Shown here in pieces: positions 1-8,931 of a stretch of DNA of 30,517 bases. Position 1 is the stretch's first letter, and each line of letters opens with the position of its first letter. Location: positions 1 to 30,517 of the forward strand of contig CAYSNI010000069.1 of assembly GCA_964432465.1 (NCBI GenBank), written 5' to 3'. Under the pieces are notes generated by a model. The model worked only from the letters and a program-made list of their open reading frames with translations, ran no database searches and had not been told where the DNA came from. The position numbers and the translations under genes were made by a program. The stretch is from an uncultured Candidatus Saccharibacteria bacterium (GTDB lineage Bacteria; Patescibacteriota; Minisyncoccia; UBA6257; WO2-44-18).

Positions 1-38
1 TCCGAAGTTAGTATGGAAAGGCCCATCAGAATCGTTCC

Positions 39-179
39 CTACAAGATGGCGTCCAGAAACTTCCGATCAGTAATTGCCGAGCGCGGATCCAGCTTTTCTA
101 CATACTTCGGATCAATCTGGAGTACGAAGTGGCCGAAGCGGCCGTCCCTAATTTCAATCACTACCGGATCGGTTTTCAT
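39..179 (-). CDS. small hypothetical protein, 46 aa (not in ORF track)
   Basis: Manual translation MKTDPVVIEIRDGRFGHFVLQIDPKYVEKLDPRSAITDRKFLDAIL*; SD GAGGAGG 4 nt before ATG; TGtTATAAT upstream. Confidence 0.55.
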   Translation of the reverse strand: MKTDPVVIEIRDGRFGHFVLQIDPKYVEKLDPRSAITDRKFLDAIL

Positions 180-212
180 ACTACCTCCTCTTTTCAGTGC
201 AACGACTCAATT

Positions 213-221
213 ATTATAACA
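213..221 (-). promoter_or_regulatory. extended -10 promoter (TGtTATAAT) for the 46-aa ORF
   Basis: Minus strand TGTTATAAT about 33 nt upstream of ATG 179; no consensus -35. Confidence 0.45.
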
Positions 222-239
222 TCAAAAACTAGACTGACC

Positions 240-1328
240 CTAAGTGTGCTTTGAAATATTCGCCACCATACCGCCGATGGTCATAAAAATAGCGAGCGCG
301 CTGCCACCGTAACTGATGAACGGTAACGGCACGCCGGTAAGCGGCAGAATTCCGGAGATGGCGCCGATATTTACAAAGACCTGGAGTCCGATCACCGATC
401 CAAAACCCACGAGCAAAAGTTTCCCAAATTTATCGCTCGTCTTCTTGGCAAGTAAAAATATTCTCAATACTAAAATCCCGAATAATGTAATCAAAGATAT
501 CGAACCAACGAAGCCAAACTCTTCCGCGAGGACCGCGAAGATCGAATCACCGATCGGTTCCGGCAAACGGCTAATCTTGCTAGTGGATTGGCCGTAGCCT
601 ACGCCATCAATACCGCCGGAACCGATCGCGATCAGCGCCTGATTGAGATGATAGCCACCCGCCTGCGGATCAGCGTTAGGTTTCAGGAAGTTAGTCACGC
701 GATCCAAACGATACGGAGTGGCAACAATCAGCGCGCCAATAATCCCAGCCATTACCGTAAAAGAAACACCAATGTGCCAGAGTTTCGCGCCACTCGCAAA
801 GTAAAGAATCATGGATGCGGCAAAAATAATTACAACTGTGGAAGTAGCCGGCTGCTTCAAAAGTAGTCCGCACACTACAAGTAGTAATGCCATCATCGGG
901 ATCATGCCTCTCCAAAAATCCTTACCCCTATTTCCTTGCCCCGCCAACCAGGCGGCCAAATACAGAATCACCGTCAGCTTCACAAGCTCGGCCGGCTGAA
1001 ACGTGATCGGGCCGATATTCAGCCAACGCTCGGCGCCGCCGGCCCTGACGCCTAGAGGGGTGAAGACGAGCGCTAACGCCACGATACTCACCAGCAAAAG
1101 AAAGATCGCGACCTTCTGATAGCGGCGATAATAGATTTTGTACGCGACCAGAAAACCGATAATGCCAAAACTCAATCCGAAATAAATCTGATGCTTTAAA
1201 TAATATAAGCTGTCGCCAAATTTCGCCTGGCCGAGATTGGAAGACGCGCTGTTTAACACCACCAAGCCGAACACGACAAGAAAAGCGAGGGTAGTTAAAA
1301 TTAGATAGTCGGGCTTATGAACTCGCAT
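240..1328 (-). CDS. ftsW: SEDS family peptidoglycan polymerase FtsW
   Basis: Multi-TM 362 aa; GAERWL, FQPAELVK, LPEPIGDSIFAVLAEEFG, GVPLPFISYGGS; same strand as mraY. Confidence 0.92.
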   Translation of the reverse strand: MRVHKPDYLILTTLAFLVVFGLVVLNSASSNLGQAKFGDSLYYLKHQIYFGLSFGIIGFLVAYKIYYRRYQKVAIFLLLVSIVALALVFTPLGVRAGGAERWLNIGPITFQPAELVKLTVILYLAAWLAGQGNRGKDFWRGMIPMMALLLVVCGLLLKQPATSTVVIIFAASMILYFASGAKLWHIGVSFTVMAGIIGALIVATPYRLDRVTNFLKPNADPQAGGYHLNQALIAIGSGGIDGVGYGQSTSKISRLPEPIGDSIFAVLAEEFGFVGSISLITLFGILVLRIFLLAKKTSDKFGKLLLVGFGSVIGLQVFVNIGAISGILPLTGVPLPFISYGGSALAIFMTIGGMVANISKHT

Positions 1329-1331
1329 TGG

Positions 1332-2840
1332 TCAACTGTGCTTTAATACCCTGCCACCAGCGGTACGGGTTAGTGAACTGTCGCTCACAGCTAATTTTCC
1401 GTTAACGAAAACATACTTGATCGCGACAATCCCGGACTTTAAAGAAAGTAGGCTTAGGTCGGCGTAATGTCCTTCTTTCACTAATCCGCGCTTCTTGATG
1501 CCAAATTTCTCCGCGGCCTCTGAGGTAATTTTTTCCACTGCCTGGGGTAGAGTTAAACCTTTTAGACGAAGCATCATTTCTAGAAACTTTGGAAAAGTTC
1601 GCGAAAAGCGCTCATGCTTGATCAACTTAGCGTCCGACGGCAAACTCGCGCCGTTGGAAGCAATGAGGACCTGATTCCGCTCCAAATTACGCACTAACAA
1701 ATCAAGATTGATATTCTTATAAAAAACTGTAGCTCGAAGATGGGTTAATTTCATTAACCGTACTAGGGCTTCACCAACGCTTACTTCCTGACTTTCCGCC
1801 ATCTGATGCAGTGTCTTACCGAGGAGGTACTCCCTGCCTTTCGCTTGCGCGATGAGGATGGCCTTGCCATCCATAGCCGATACTTCGCTCACAATCCGAT
1901 TGCGCGTGTCCGGATTTTCAAGATACGAGAGCATCACGTCTAAATTCCCCACTCTCGCCCAGCGCGGTAGCAAGGTATAAATTGGCACGATTGTTTCGGC
2001 AAAAGGATAACTATCGACGTGAATATCTAATTCACTGGCAACGCTATGAATCATTTCTAAGCCTTTCTGATATTCATTTTCAAATCCAAGCTGTGGCTTG
2101 AAATGGCTGATTAAAGTTTTCACACCGGTTTCTTCAGTTACTTTCACTGTCTCCGCCACCGCCGCCAGTAGCCCTTCTTCTTCATCGCGAAGATGCGTCG
2201 CGTACACGCCCTGATGCTCCGCCACAATTTTAACCAATTCTTTAATCTCCGAGTACGGAACCTGTCTCGCATGCGCGTATCCCAGTCCGGTGGAAAGACC
2301 GAAGGCCCCTTCTTTCATGGAATCAGAAATTAATTTTTGAAACGCGCGTAATTCGGAGACTGTCAGATCCCTCGCATCCTCACCCACCATCGCCCTACGA
2401 ATTGTGGAATGGCCAATCAGCGTCCCAAAATTAACGCCAAGTTTCCGCTGACTCAATATTTTCAAAAATTCCGCGATTGAATGCCAATCAACATTAATTT
2501 GGCTGGTATCTGTCCACTTGCGAATGGAGTCCAGGCTGCCATAGATAAGCGGTGCGAGTGATGAACCGCACTGCCCTCCCAAAATTGTGGTCACGCCCTG
2601 CAACAAGAAGTCCTGCTGTTCGGGGTTAGTAAAAAGCGAAAGGTGATGATCGGAGTCGGTATTCACATCAATAAATCCCGGTGAGAGATAAAGACCGAGG
2701 CCGTCAATGACAAGATCGGCTTTTTTCGTTGGGAATTTACCGATCGCGGAGATCTTGTCACCGGAAATCAAAACGTCGGCCAGATACGGCGATTTTTTTC
2801 CACTTCCGTCAACAATTTTGGCTCCTTTAATGAGAACCAT
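1332..2840 (-). CDS. N-acyl-D-amino-acid deacylase (D-aminoacylase)-like amidohydrolase
   Basis: IKGAKIVDGSG, PGFID, GVTT..GQCG, GHSTIR, GLSTGL.Y, THLRDE, SHFK; start moved to ATG 2840, which has TGGTATAAT 7 nt upstream. Confidence 0.85.
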   Translation of the reverse strand: MVLIKGAKIVDGSGKKSPYLADVLISGDKISAIGKFPTKKADLVIDGLGLYLSPGFIDVNTDSDHHLSLFTNPEQQDFLLQGVTTILGGQCGSSLAPLIYGSLDSIRKWTDTSQINVDWHSIAEFLKILSQRKLGVNFGTLIGHSTIRRAMVGEDARDLTVSELRAFQKLISDSMKEGAFGLSTGLGYAHARQVPYSEIKELVKIVAEHQGVYATHLRDEEEGLLAAVAETVKVTEETGVKTLISHFKPQLGFENEYQKGLEMIHSVASELDIHVDSYPFAETIVPIYTLLPRWARVGNLDVMLSYLENPDTRNRIVSEVSAMDGKAILIAQAKGREYLLGKTLHQMAESQEVSVGEALVRLMKLTHLRATVFYKNINLDLLVRNLERNQVLIASNGASLPSDAKLIKHERFSRTFPKFLEMMLRLKGLTLPQAVEKITSEAAEKFGIKKRGLVKEGHYADLSLLSLKSGIVAIKYVFVNGKLAVSDSSLTRTAGGRVLKHS

Positions 2841-2875
2841 TACCTCAATTATACCATTTTGAAATAAAAACTGGC

Positions 2876-3178
2876 TCAATGAGCCAGTTCTGCGAGCTTT
2901 CTGCCACAATCCGGGCAGTAAACTATTGGGATGTTGCTATTTTTCTCTCGACTCACAAATGCCGCCAAACCAATTAACATCCGATGGTAGCGCGGACCGC
3001 ACTGGGTACCGAAAACGCTGTTATCTTCCAACGCCTTCTGCGCGCGTTCAAAGATTACCTCCGGCTTCCGGGAAGCCGGAAGCTGCGCGCCGCATGCGTT
3101 GCAAAAGCGCGCGAGCGAGCCCATCTGATTGGGACAGTTCGGACACTGCACCTTAGGAACCTCATTTGGGTTTTTCAT
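2876..3178 (-). CDS. small zinc-ribbon protein
   Basis: CPNC, CNAC and CPDC pairs; SD GGAGG 5 nt before ATG. Confidence 0.7.
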   Translation of the reverse strand: MKNPNEVPKVQCPNCPNQMGSLARFCNACGAQLPASRKPEVIFERAQKALEDNSVFGTQCGPRYHRMLIGLAAFVSREKNSNIPIVYCPDCGRKLAELAH

Positions 3179-3494
3179 CTAGCCCTCCACAAAGACATTG
3201 CGGGTTGGTACAACGTGACCGCCGCCGACGATCACGTTTTAGAACCACCCCAAGTACCAGTCCTCCAATACGTGCGAGACAATAGCTACCGACAACGATA
3301 GCCAGAATAAGTAAGGGCGCGTGCGCAACTCGTCCGTCGGGGTGACCGAAAAATAACGTAAGATGATCAAGATCAATCGCAACAGCAGCCAAGCCACCAC
3401 AAACGCCAGCGCGAAATGCAAAAATGGTGCTCTCAGGGTGTACGACCAGTTGATTGTAGGCCAACGCCACTCGATGCCGGAGAGAGCGTAACAC
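3162..3494 (-). CDS. small membrane protein, frame A (GTG start, 110 aa; DLDH...GRVAH)
   Basis: Hydrophobic segments and a DLDH..R..H pattern like YdjM-type membrane metal-binding proteins; GGAG 6 nt upstream of GTG; competes with frame B. Confidence 0.45.
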   Translation of the reverse strand: MLRSLRHRVALAYNQLVVHPESTIFAFRAGVCGGLAAVAIDLDHLTLFFGHPDGRVAHAPLLILAIVVGSYCLARIGGLVLGVVLKRDRRRRSRCTNPQCLCGGLDEKPK

Positions 3495-3496
3495 AT
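3239..3496 (-). CDS. small membrane protein, frame B (85 aa; SHVLED)
   Basis: Two strong TM segments, SHVLED motif, GC-rich third positions; GGAG 4 nt upstream of ATG; competes with frame A. Confidence 0.45.
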   Translation of the reverse strand: MCYALSGIEWRWPTINWSYTLRAPFLHFALAFVVAWLLLRLILIILRYFSVTPTDELRTRPYLFWLSLSVAIVSHVLEDWYLGWF

Positions 3497-3535
3497 AGAA
3501 CTCCGTTATTAAAAATCTACAATGATACTGCCACC

Positions 3536-4582
3536 TTATAGATACTGGGTCAAGGCAAACAAAGCGAGGCCGAGCGCCACCGAAATAACGGAGATAATCC
3601 AGAAACGCATGGTCACTTTTGACTCCGGCCAACCGAGCGCTTCGAAGTGATGGTGAATCGGCGTGGAAATAAATATTTTTTTACCGCCACGGAATTTTTT
3701 ACTACCAAGTTGGACGATTACCGACAGCGATTCAATTACTAGTATCGGCGCGAAAAAAGGAAGAAGGAGGGTGGTGTTTGTCAACATGGAAATAACTCCC
3801 ATGGTAATCCCCAGTGACATTGAGCCGGTGTCACCCATAAAAAATCTGGCCGGGTAGATATTGAACCACAAAAAGGCCAGGGTCGCGCCGATAATCACCC
3901 CGCTAAGCGTCGCCAAATCATAGCGGCCCAGTACGAAAGCGACTACGGTCAAAGCAATGTAGGCGAAAAGCATCACCCCGCCAAGCAAACCGTCCAGACC
4001 ATCGGTTTCGTTCGCCGAAAACGCGCTCGCGACAATAATGAAAATAAAAAGTGGTATATACAGCCAGCCAATATTAATACTGCCGACGAACGGAACGGCC
4101 AGCACATCCCAATCTAAGCGATAATAAAACCATAAAGCGGCTACCACCGCGAACAACAGGTACATCACTAGTTTCTGGCTGACGCGCAGACCGCCACCTT
4201 TAGGACCGATACGAAGCACGCCCAAAAAGTCATCCGCAAGGCCAAGCATTGCCGCGATTAACATTGCCGCTAGTGGCAGATACGTCTCGGCCCGGTCAAA
4301 AAAATTAAGATAACTCCAGAAGCCATCAAATAGCCAGTGCAAAACCAGAAGCAAACAGGCGATACCGATAACCGTCCCCCAAATAATAATTCCACCCATT
4401 GTCGGCGTCCCCTCCTTTTTGGCATGCAGCTGGGAATAAACCGGGGCGGCTTCGCTGGTACGAATCTGTTTTCGGATTCCGAATTTATTTAAGAGCCTGC
4501 TGATAATAGGCGTAATCAGCAAGGCAACCAAAAAAGCGATAACCGAAAGTCCGATAATTCTAACTGCTTGAAGTACTACCAT
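3536..4582 (-). CDS. mraY: phospho-N-acetylmuramoyl-pentapeptide transferase
   Basis: KKEGTPTMGG, DDFLG, DGLDGL, FMGDTGS, PIHHHFE. Confidence 0.96.
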   Translation of the reverse strand: MVVLQAVRIIGLSVIAFLVALLITPIISRLLNKFGIRKQIRTSEAAPVYSQLHAKKEGTPTMGGIIIWGTVIGIACLLLVLHWLFDGFWSYLNFFDRAETYLPLAAMLIAAMLGLADDFLGVLRIGPKGGGLRVSQKLVMYLLFAVVAALWFYYRLDWDVLAVPFVGSINIGWLYIPLFIFIIVASAFSANETDGLDGLLGGVMLFAYIALTVVAFVLGRYDLATLSGVIIGATLAFLWFNIYPARFFMGDTGSMSLGITMGVISMLTNTTLLLPFFAPILVIESLSVIVQLGSKKFRGGKKIFISTPIHHHFEALGWPESKVTMRFWIISVISVALGLALFALTQYL

Positions 4583-5457
4583 TTCGTATAAGTATTATAT
4601 AAGGCCTCCGTATCCTTAGTCCGATCTTCACTGCCTAAAACAATAATCAGCAGAGGCTGAGTCTGGCCGGCGGACGGTGAATGAAATAATGATATCAAAT
4701 TACCGCTCGCCTCATCAATAAACCCAGTCTTACCGCCGATGAAATTCGGCTGATTCACAAAAGGATGGATGTTCCCGCCAACCTCCCGGGTAATCGCGAA
4801 AATTTCCGGATGAACGTTAAAAATGTAAATCACCAGCTTTTCCAGATCGCTGACCATTGATTGATTCAGAGCGGATAAACCGGTGGGATCAAAATAACGC
4901 GTGTTGTACATACCGATTGAAATGGCCCGCTGATTCATCAATTGAACAAACTCCTCCGTTCCCACGTATTCCGCTAACGCCACGCCCGCGTCATTACTGG
5001 AAACTTTTAAAAGCGCGCCGAGTAGTTCGCGACGGCTATAAAATTTCCCCGCAATAAGATTCCCGGCGCCTCCTTCGGTAGCGATCGCCTCCGAACTAAC
5101 TTTAACGCTGGATGTCGCGTTAATTTTTTCCAGAGCGACCACCGCGGTCATCAATTTAGTTAAGGAAGCGACCGGCCATTGCTGATTAGGATGAGAAATA
5201 AAAAATTCGTCCGTGCTGTTAATGCGCTTAACCAGTGCGGAGGCCGCGCTGATTTTTGGCACCGGCCTCTGAACAACAACGGCCCGAGGCGCCTCCGGAA
5301 TAATTGTGTCTTTCGCGCTCGCGGTGACGGTTGTAGCCTCAAGTGTGGCGGTGTAGACGACTTCGTCAGAACTACCGCGACGGGCATTACCGGCTAACGC
5401 TGAAAAAAGCACGACCAAAGAAAGAACCAGGCTGTATAGCTTATTGCGGTCGATCAT
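4576..5457 (-). CDS. D-alanyl-D-alanine carboxypeptidase (peptidase S11)
   Basis: N-terminal signal/TM; SxxK (ASLTK), SxN (SSN), KTG; probable start ATG 5457. Confidence 0.88.
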   Translation of the reverse strand: MIDRNKLYSLVLSLVVLFSALAGNARRGSSDEVVYTATLEATTVTASAKDTIIPEAPRAVVVQRPVPKISAASALVKRINSTDEFFISHPNQQWPVASLTKLMTAVVALEKINATSSVKVSSEAIATEGGAGNLIAGKFYSRRELLGALLKVSSNDAGVALAEYVGTEEFVQLMNQRAISIGMYNTRYFDPTGLSALNQSMVSDLEKLVIYIFNVHPEIFAITREVGGNIHPFVNQPNFIGGKTGFIDEASGNLISLFHSPSAGQTQPLLIIVLGSEDRTKDTEALYNTYTKW

Positions 5458-5998
5458 TTTGAGGATTGCGCAGTGCTTCAATTAGTTGACGGAACTTATC
5501 ATACTCCGGAAGTTCGGTCAGATTGCCGATGCCGAGATGCTTCATCAAGTCCATGCTTGCGTTATATAAAAACGCGTTAGCACGCTTCGGATCCTGAGCG
5601 CGTTCAATTAGACCCCGAATCAAAAGATTGCGGAGCGTAAAGCTAGAGTTCACTCCTCTAATATATTCAATCTCCGAGCGGAGCAACGGACCGGCGTAGG
5701 TAACGATCGCCAACGTCTCCAGCGCTACCGGAGTCAGCGATTCATGCAACTCTTCTTTAATCACTGCTTCTAAAAGTCCGGCGAATTCCGGCTTGGTAGT
5801 AAGCTGAACGCGATCTTTATTTTCTACTAAAAATAATCCTCGGCTTTCTAGCTTAAGATTTTCTTTTAACACCTGTATCGCGGTTTGCACCTCGTCTACT
5901 TCAACTTTAAGAACCCCGGCAAGTTTTTTATAATCCATCGCCTCGCCATAAATAAAGAGAAGCGCTTCTATTTTTGCTATTAATTGTTCCTTGGTCAT
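5441..5998 (-). CDS. scpB: SMC-Scp complex subunit ScpB
   Basis: IEALLF, LETLAIVTY, IEYIRGVNS; adjacent to scpA. Confidence 0.95.
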   Translation of the reverse strand: MTKEQLIAKIEALLFIYGEAMDYKKLAGVLKVEVDEVQTAIQVLKENLKLESRGLFLVENKDRVQLTTKPEFAGLLEAVIKEELHESLTPVALETLAIVTYAGPLLRSEIEYIRGVNSSFTLRNLLIRGLIERAQDPKRANAFLYNASMDLMKHLGIGNLTELPEYDKFRQLIEALRNPQNDRPQ

Positions 5999-6714
5999 TC
6001 TTGATTCTCAGTCACTTTTTCTTTTTCTAAAGTAATGTCACTAAAACGTTCACCTTGGCTAACCTTCACAATGCGGTCTTTCAAAAGATGCAGGATCGCC
6101 AGAAACAGCACGATTACTTCTTTCCGCGACTTCTGCTGGGAAAGCGCATGAAAACTCTGTTGGCCGGTAAGTCTATTTAATAACTCTTCCATCTTTTCTT
6201 CAATAGACACCACCGCCTGTTTTACGGTCTGCACTTCTGGAATGAGCTGTTGTAGCAAAGTGGCCAGGTTGCGAACCGCGCTGACTAAATCACCGACCGC
6301 CAGTTCTTTCGGCGGATAAAATACGGACACGTCACCCAGTGAAGAAAGTAATTCTCGTCCGTAGGCGACGTGTTTTTTATCCCAAATCTTCTTCAGATGC
6401 TCAGCCGCTATCTTAAATTCCCGATAGAGCTTGAGCCGCCCTTCCAAATCCTGAATGTCCGCCTCTTCTTCCTTGGTCAGCTCCAACATCGGCAAGAGCA
6501 CCTTAGACTTGATTAACACGAGTTTCGCGGCTACCACCAAAAAATCGGCTACGATCCCCATCTCTTTCTGCTCGCCCAGTTCTTTCACGTAGCGCAAAAA
6601 GTCGGCGGTCACATCCGCTAAACTGATTTGGGTAATCTCCAACTGCTTACCTTCGATCAACTCAAGTAACTTCCCGAGCGGACCAGTGAATTTTTCTAAT
6701 TTAACGTGGTACAT
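5995..6714 (-). CDS. scpA: segregation and condensation protein A
   Basis: FTGPLGKLLELI, ADFLVVAAKLVLIKSKVLLP, FLAILHL. Confidence 0.95.
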   Translation of the reverse strand: MYHVKLEKFTGPLGKLLELIEGKQLEITQISLADVTADFLRYVKELGEQKEMGIVADFLVVAAKLVLIKSKVLLPMLELTKEEEADIQDLEGRLKLYREFKIAAEHLKKIWDKKHVAYGRELLSSLGDVSVFYPPKELAVGDLVSAVRNLATLLQQLIPEVQTVKQAVVSIEEKMEELLNRLTGQQSFHALSQQKSRKEVIVLFLAILHLLKDRIVKVSQGERFSDITLEKEKVTENQE

Positions 6715-6741
6715 ATGATTATGACTTATGACTCATGACTT
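6715..6741. repeat. 7-bp tandem array at 3' end of four-helix-bundle gene
   Basis: ATGATT ATGACTT ATGACTC ATGACTT. Confidence 0.75.
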
Positions 6742-7106
6742 ATTACTTTTCCTTTAAGACTTTTCTTGAATCCACCTAATTGATCGTTAATGGAAGACAG
6801 CCGGAGGAAAAACTCAGAAAACTCACGGTCCGAAATTAATTTAATGTCTTTTAAAATATCCAAGCAAGCAACGGTCTCGTTTAGAGAGCCTAATGCAATG
6901 TTAAAAAAGTGATTCATGTCTTTATCTGAATGCTTACCACTTCCTTCTGCAAGGTTAAGCGCTATTGATAATGAAGAACGCGTTATCTGACTTCCTATAT
7001 CATACCTGTATTCTTGTGGCATTTTTTTCACTAAAAACATAACTTTAGCAAATACTTTCTTTGCGTCTTTATATACCTGCCACTCTAAGAATCTAAATTT
7101 TTTCAT
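6726..7106 (-). CDS. four helix bundle protein (23S rRNA-IVP/Avd-like family)
   Basis: FRFLEWQVY, SQITRSSLSIALNLAEGSG, FFNIALGSLNETVACL. Confidence 0.88.
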   Translation of the reverse strand: MKKFRFLEWQVYKDAKKVFAKVMFLVKKMPQEYRYDIGSQITRSSLSIALNLAEGSGKHSDKDMNHFFNIALGSLNETVACLDILKDIKLISDREFSEFFLRLSSINDQLGGFKKSLKGKVISHES

Positions 7107-7145
7107 AGTTATCTGTCATCTGTCATCGGTTATTTGTTATAGGTC
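7105..7145. repeat. degenerate 7-bp tandem array at 5' end of four-helix-bundle gene
   Basis: ATAGTT ATCTGTC ATCTGTC ATCGGTT ATTTGTT ATAGGTC. Confidence 0.7.
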
Positions 7146-8345
7146 ATTAAGCGCTCCGCGCGTGTAGACATTAGAAGGGCTCCAGATCATCCACCCGCCA
7201 AAAAATTCTGGACTATTAGAAGCGGCATCCTCCCAGGCCTTAATCTGCGCGCGCACTTTCTCCGCGTCGTAATCCGCTCCTATATCAAAGTCCTGGATCC
7301 ATGGCCTTAGCTTGCCGATAGGAGTTGTTGAAGCGACAACGGCTAATTTTTCCGCCCGCGTCAACGCGGTATCCATAGAATATTTTACTACTTCATAAGG
7401 ATACGCGGCTGGATTTTGAAGGCCGATAAAGCCGGCAGCATAGTGAGAAGGATAAGTCATCGGCGCCACGGCATCAAAGCTCGGCAAGGCATATTCCAGA
7501 TGCTGACCGATGCCCAGCCCGTCAGTGTTAATCGTAGTTAACCCGAAGAGATCGGCTGATATTGGCGCCGACGGAATCTGATTACGGACGTACGCGTAAA
7601 AATCCCGCATCACATTCACTTTCAACGTTGTCTCGTCCCAAACCGGATATTTTATGTCACTCATTTTGCCGTCAGAAGCAAAGCGAACGTAATCAAAATT
7701 CGCCTCATCAAAGCCGCGCGACAAAATCTCATTCGCGACCGCGATATTATAATCCCACACTTCTTTTGACGAAGAATCCATCCAGGCTAACCCCTTTCTA
7801 TCTTTCCAAACTGCTCCGGTGCTGGAGCTGTACAAGGCCAGATCTGGGCGGGCCAGGGCCAGTCGCACATCCTGAAAAACAGAAATACGCCCGATAATAT
7901 AAATATTTTTATCATGGAGACGCTTGATCAACCGATTCAGTGTCGGCATCCGAATCTCAACCGCGTCGTACATCTTCGGCAATGCGAGATCGGTGTTATA
8001 AGCGATGTATCCTGAGTAATCTTTTACATCAATCACAATCGCGTTTAACTCGGTACTATCAATCAGATTCAGTAGATATTGCAACTTTTTTTCGCTACTC
8101 ACTGACCAGCTGGTAGCATAAATAGCCTTAATAACCTCAGGCGGATTGGAAAGTTTTGGCTGAGGGTCGATATCCGCATTTACGGGAAATTGCGCCAAGC
8201 TTGTCGTAGCGTTTTCATTTGAATAGTCAATGACAATGAAGTTTTCCGCGAATAAAAAAATACCTAAACCGATCGAGATTAACCCAACAAAAAATAATGC
8301 CGTTCTAAGTCCCATGCCGTGATAGTTTAATTTTACGCTTGCCAA
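7137..8345 (-). CDS. putative glycoside hydrolase (DUF4015-like) with N-terminal membrane anchor
   Basis: KAIYATSW, NAIVIDVKD, GFDEANFDYVRF, MTYPSHY, RPWIQDF; alternative start ATG 8315. Confidence 0.8.
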   Translation of the reverse strand: MASVKLNYHGMGLRTALFFVGLISIGLGIFLFAENFIVIDYSNENATTSLAQFPVNADIDPQPKLSNPPEVIKAIYATSWSVSSEKKLQYLLNLIDSTELNAIVIDVKDYSGYIAYNTDLALPKMYDAVEIRMPTLNRLIKRLHDKNIYIIGRISVFQDVRLALARPDLALYSSSTGAVWKDRKGLAWMDSSSKEVWDYNIAVANEILSRGFDEANFDYVRFASDGKMSDIKYPVWDETTLKVNVMRDFYAYVRNQIPSAPISADLFGLTTINTDGLGIGQHLEYALPSFDAVAPMTYPSHYAAGFIGLQNPAAYPYEVVKYSMDTALTRAEKLAVVASTTPIGKLRPWIQDFDIGADYDAEKVRAQIKAWEDAASNSPEFFGGWMIWSPSNVYTRGALNDL

Positions 8346-8366
8346 TCTCGTCTGTCTATTAAGTCA

Positions 8367-8395
8367 TTGACTTTTTAGGAGTTTTATAATATAAT
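8367..8395 (+). promoter_or_regulatory. sigma70-type promoter for NUDIX gene
   Basis: TTGACT-17 nt-TATAAT. Confidence 0.75.
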
Positions 8396-8433
8396 TTCCT
8401 TAGATTTTTTGAAAGGTACTCGGAGGAATTCTG

Positions 8434-8928
8434 ATGGGTAGAACGGTACGAATTCGGGCGACGCAGATGGACGAACAGGGACGGGAATGTGTCCTGATGG
8501 TCCTGGAAAAGGGAGAGGAAAAAACAATTACTCCCACATTCGGCTTCTCCAAGGGGCCCGGCTGGGGTCTTCCGGGTGGTCGCGTGCATCAAGGTGAAGA
8601 CATGCTGGCGGCGGCCATGCGTGAATTCGAGGAAGAAACTGGTCTTACAGCGTCATTCCCGATGGATCCAGTCGTCTGCATTTTGCACAGCGAAAGCCAC
8701 GTGATCATCCTTTTTGAGCCGCTTAGCATTACCGGAGTGATCGCACCTAGAGATCGGGCCATCGTGAAGGCGGAGTGGATCCCACTCTCCTATCTAATTC
8801 CCGAGCCAGATGATGATGGAAAGCCTCAGATCCGGGCCATTCCCGACAATGGCAAAGACTATGACATTTATCGGATGCACTACCCTTTAATTCATAAGGA
8901 CTTCTCCGGACTCAAACTGGCCTCATGA
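8434..8928 (+). CDS. NUDIX hydrolase
   Basis: Full NUDIX box GGRVHQGEDMLAAAMREFEEETGL; SD GGAGG. Confidence 0.88.
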   Translation: MGRTVRIRATQMDEQGRECVLMVLEKGEEKTITPTFGFSKGPGWGLPGGRVHQGEDMLAAAMREFEEETGLTASFPMDPVVCILHSESHVIILFEPLSITGVIAPRDRAIVKAEWIPLSYLIPEPDDDGKPQIRAIPDNGKDYDIYRMHYPLIHKDFSGLKLAS

Positions 8929-8931
8929 TTC

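Noticed and set aside
6726-7106. Diversity-generating retroelement suggested by the Avd-like protein
   Set aside because: No reverse transcriptase and no template/variable repeat pair in the window.
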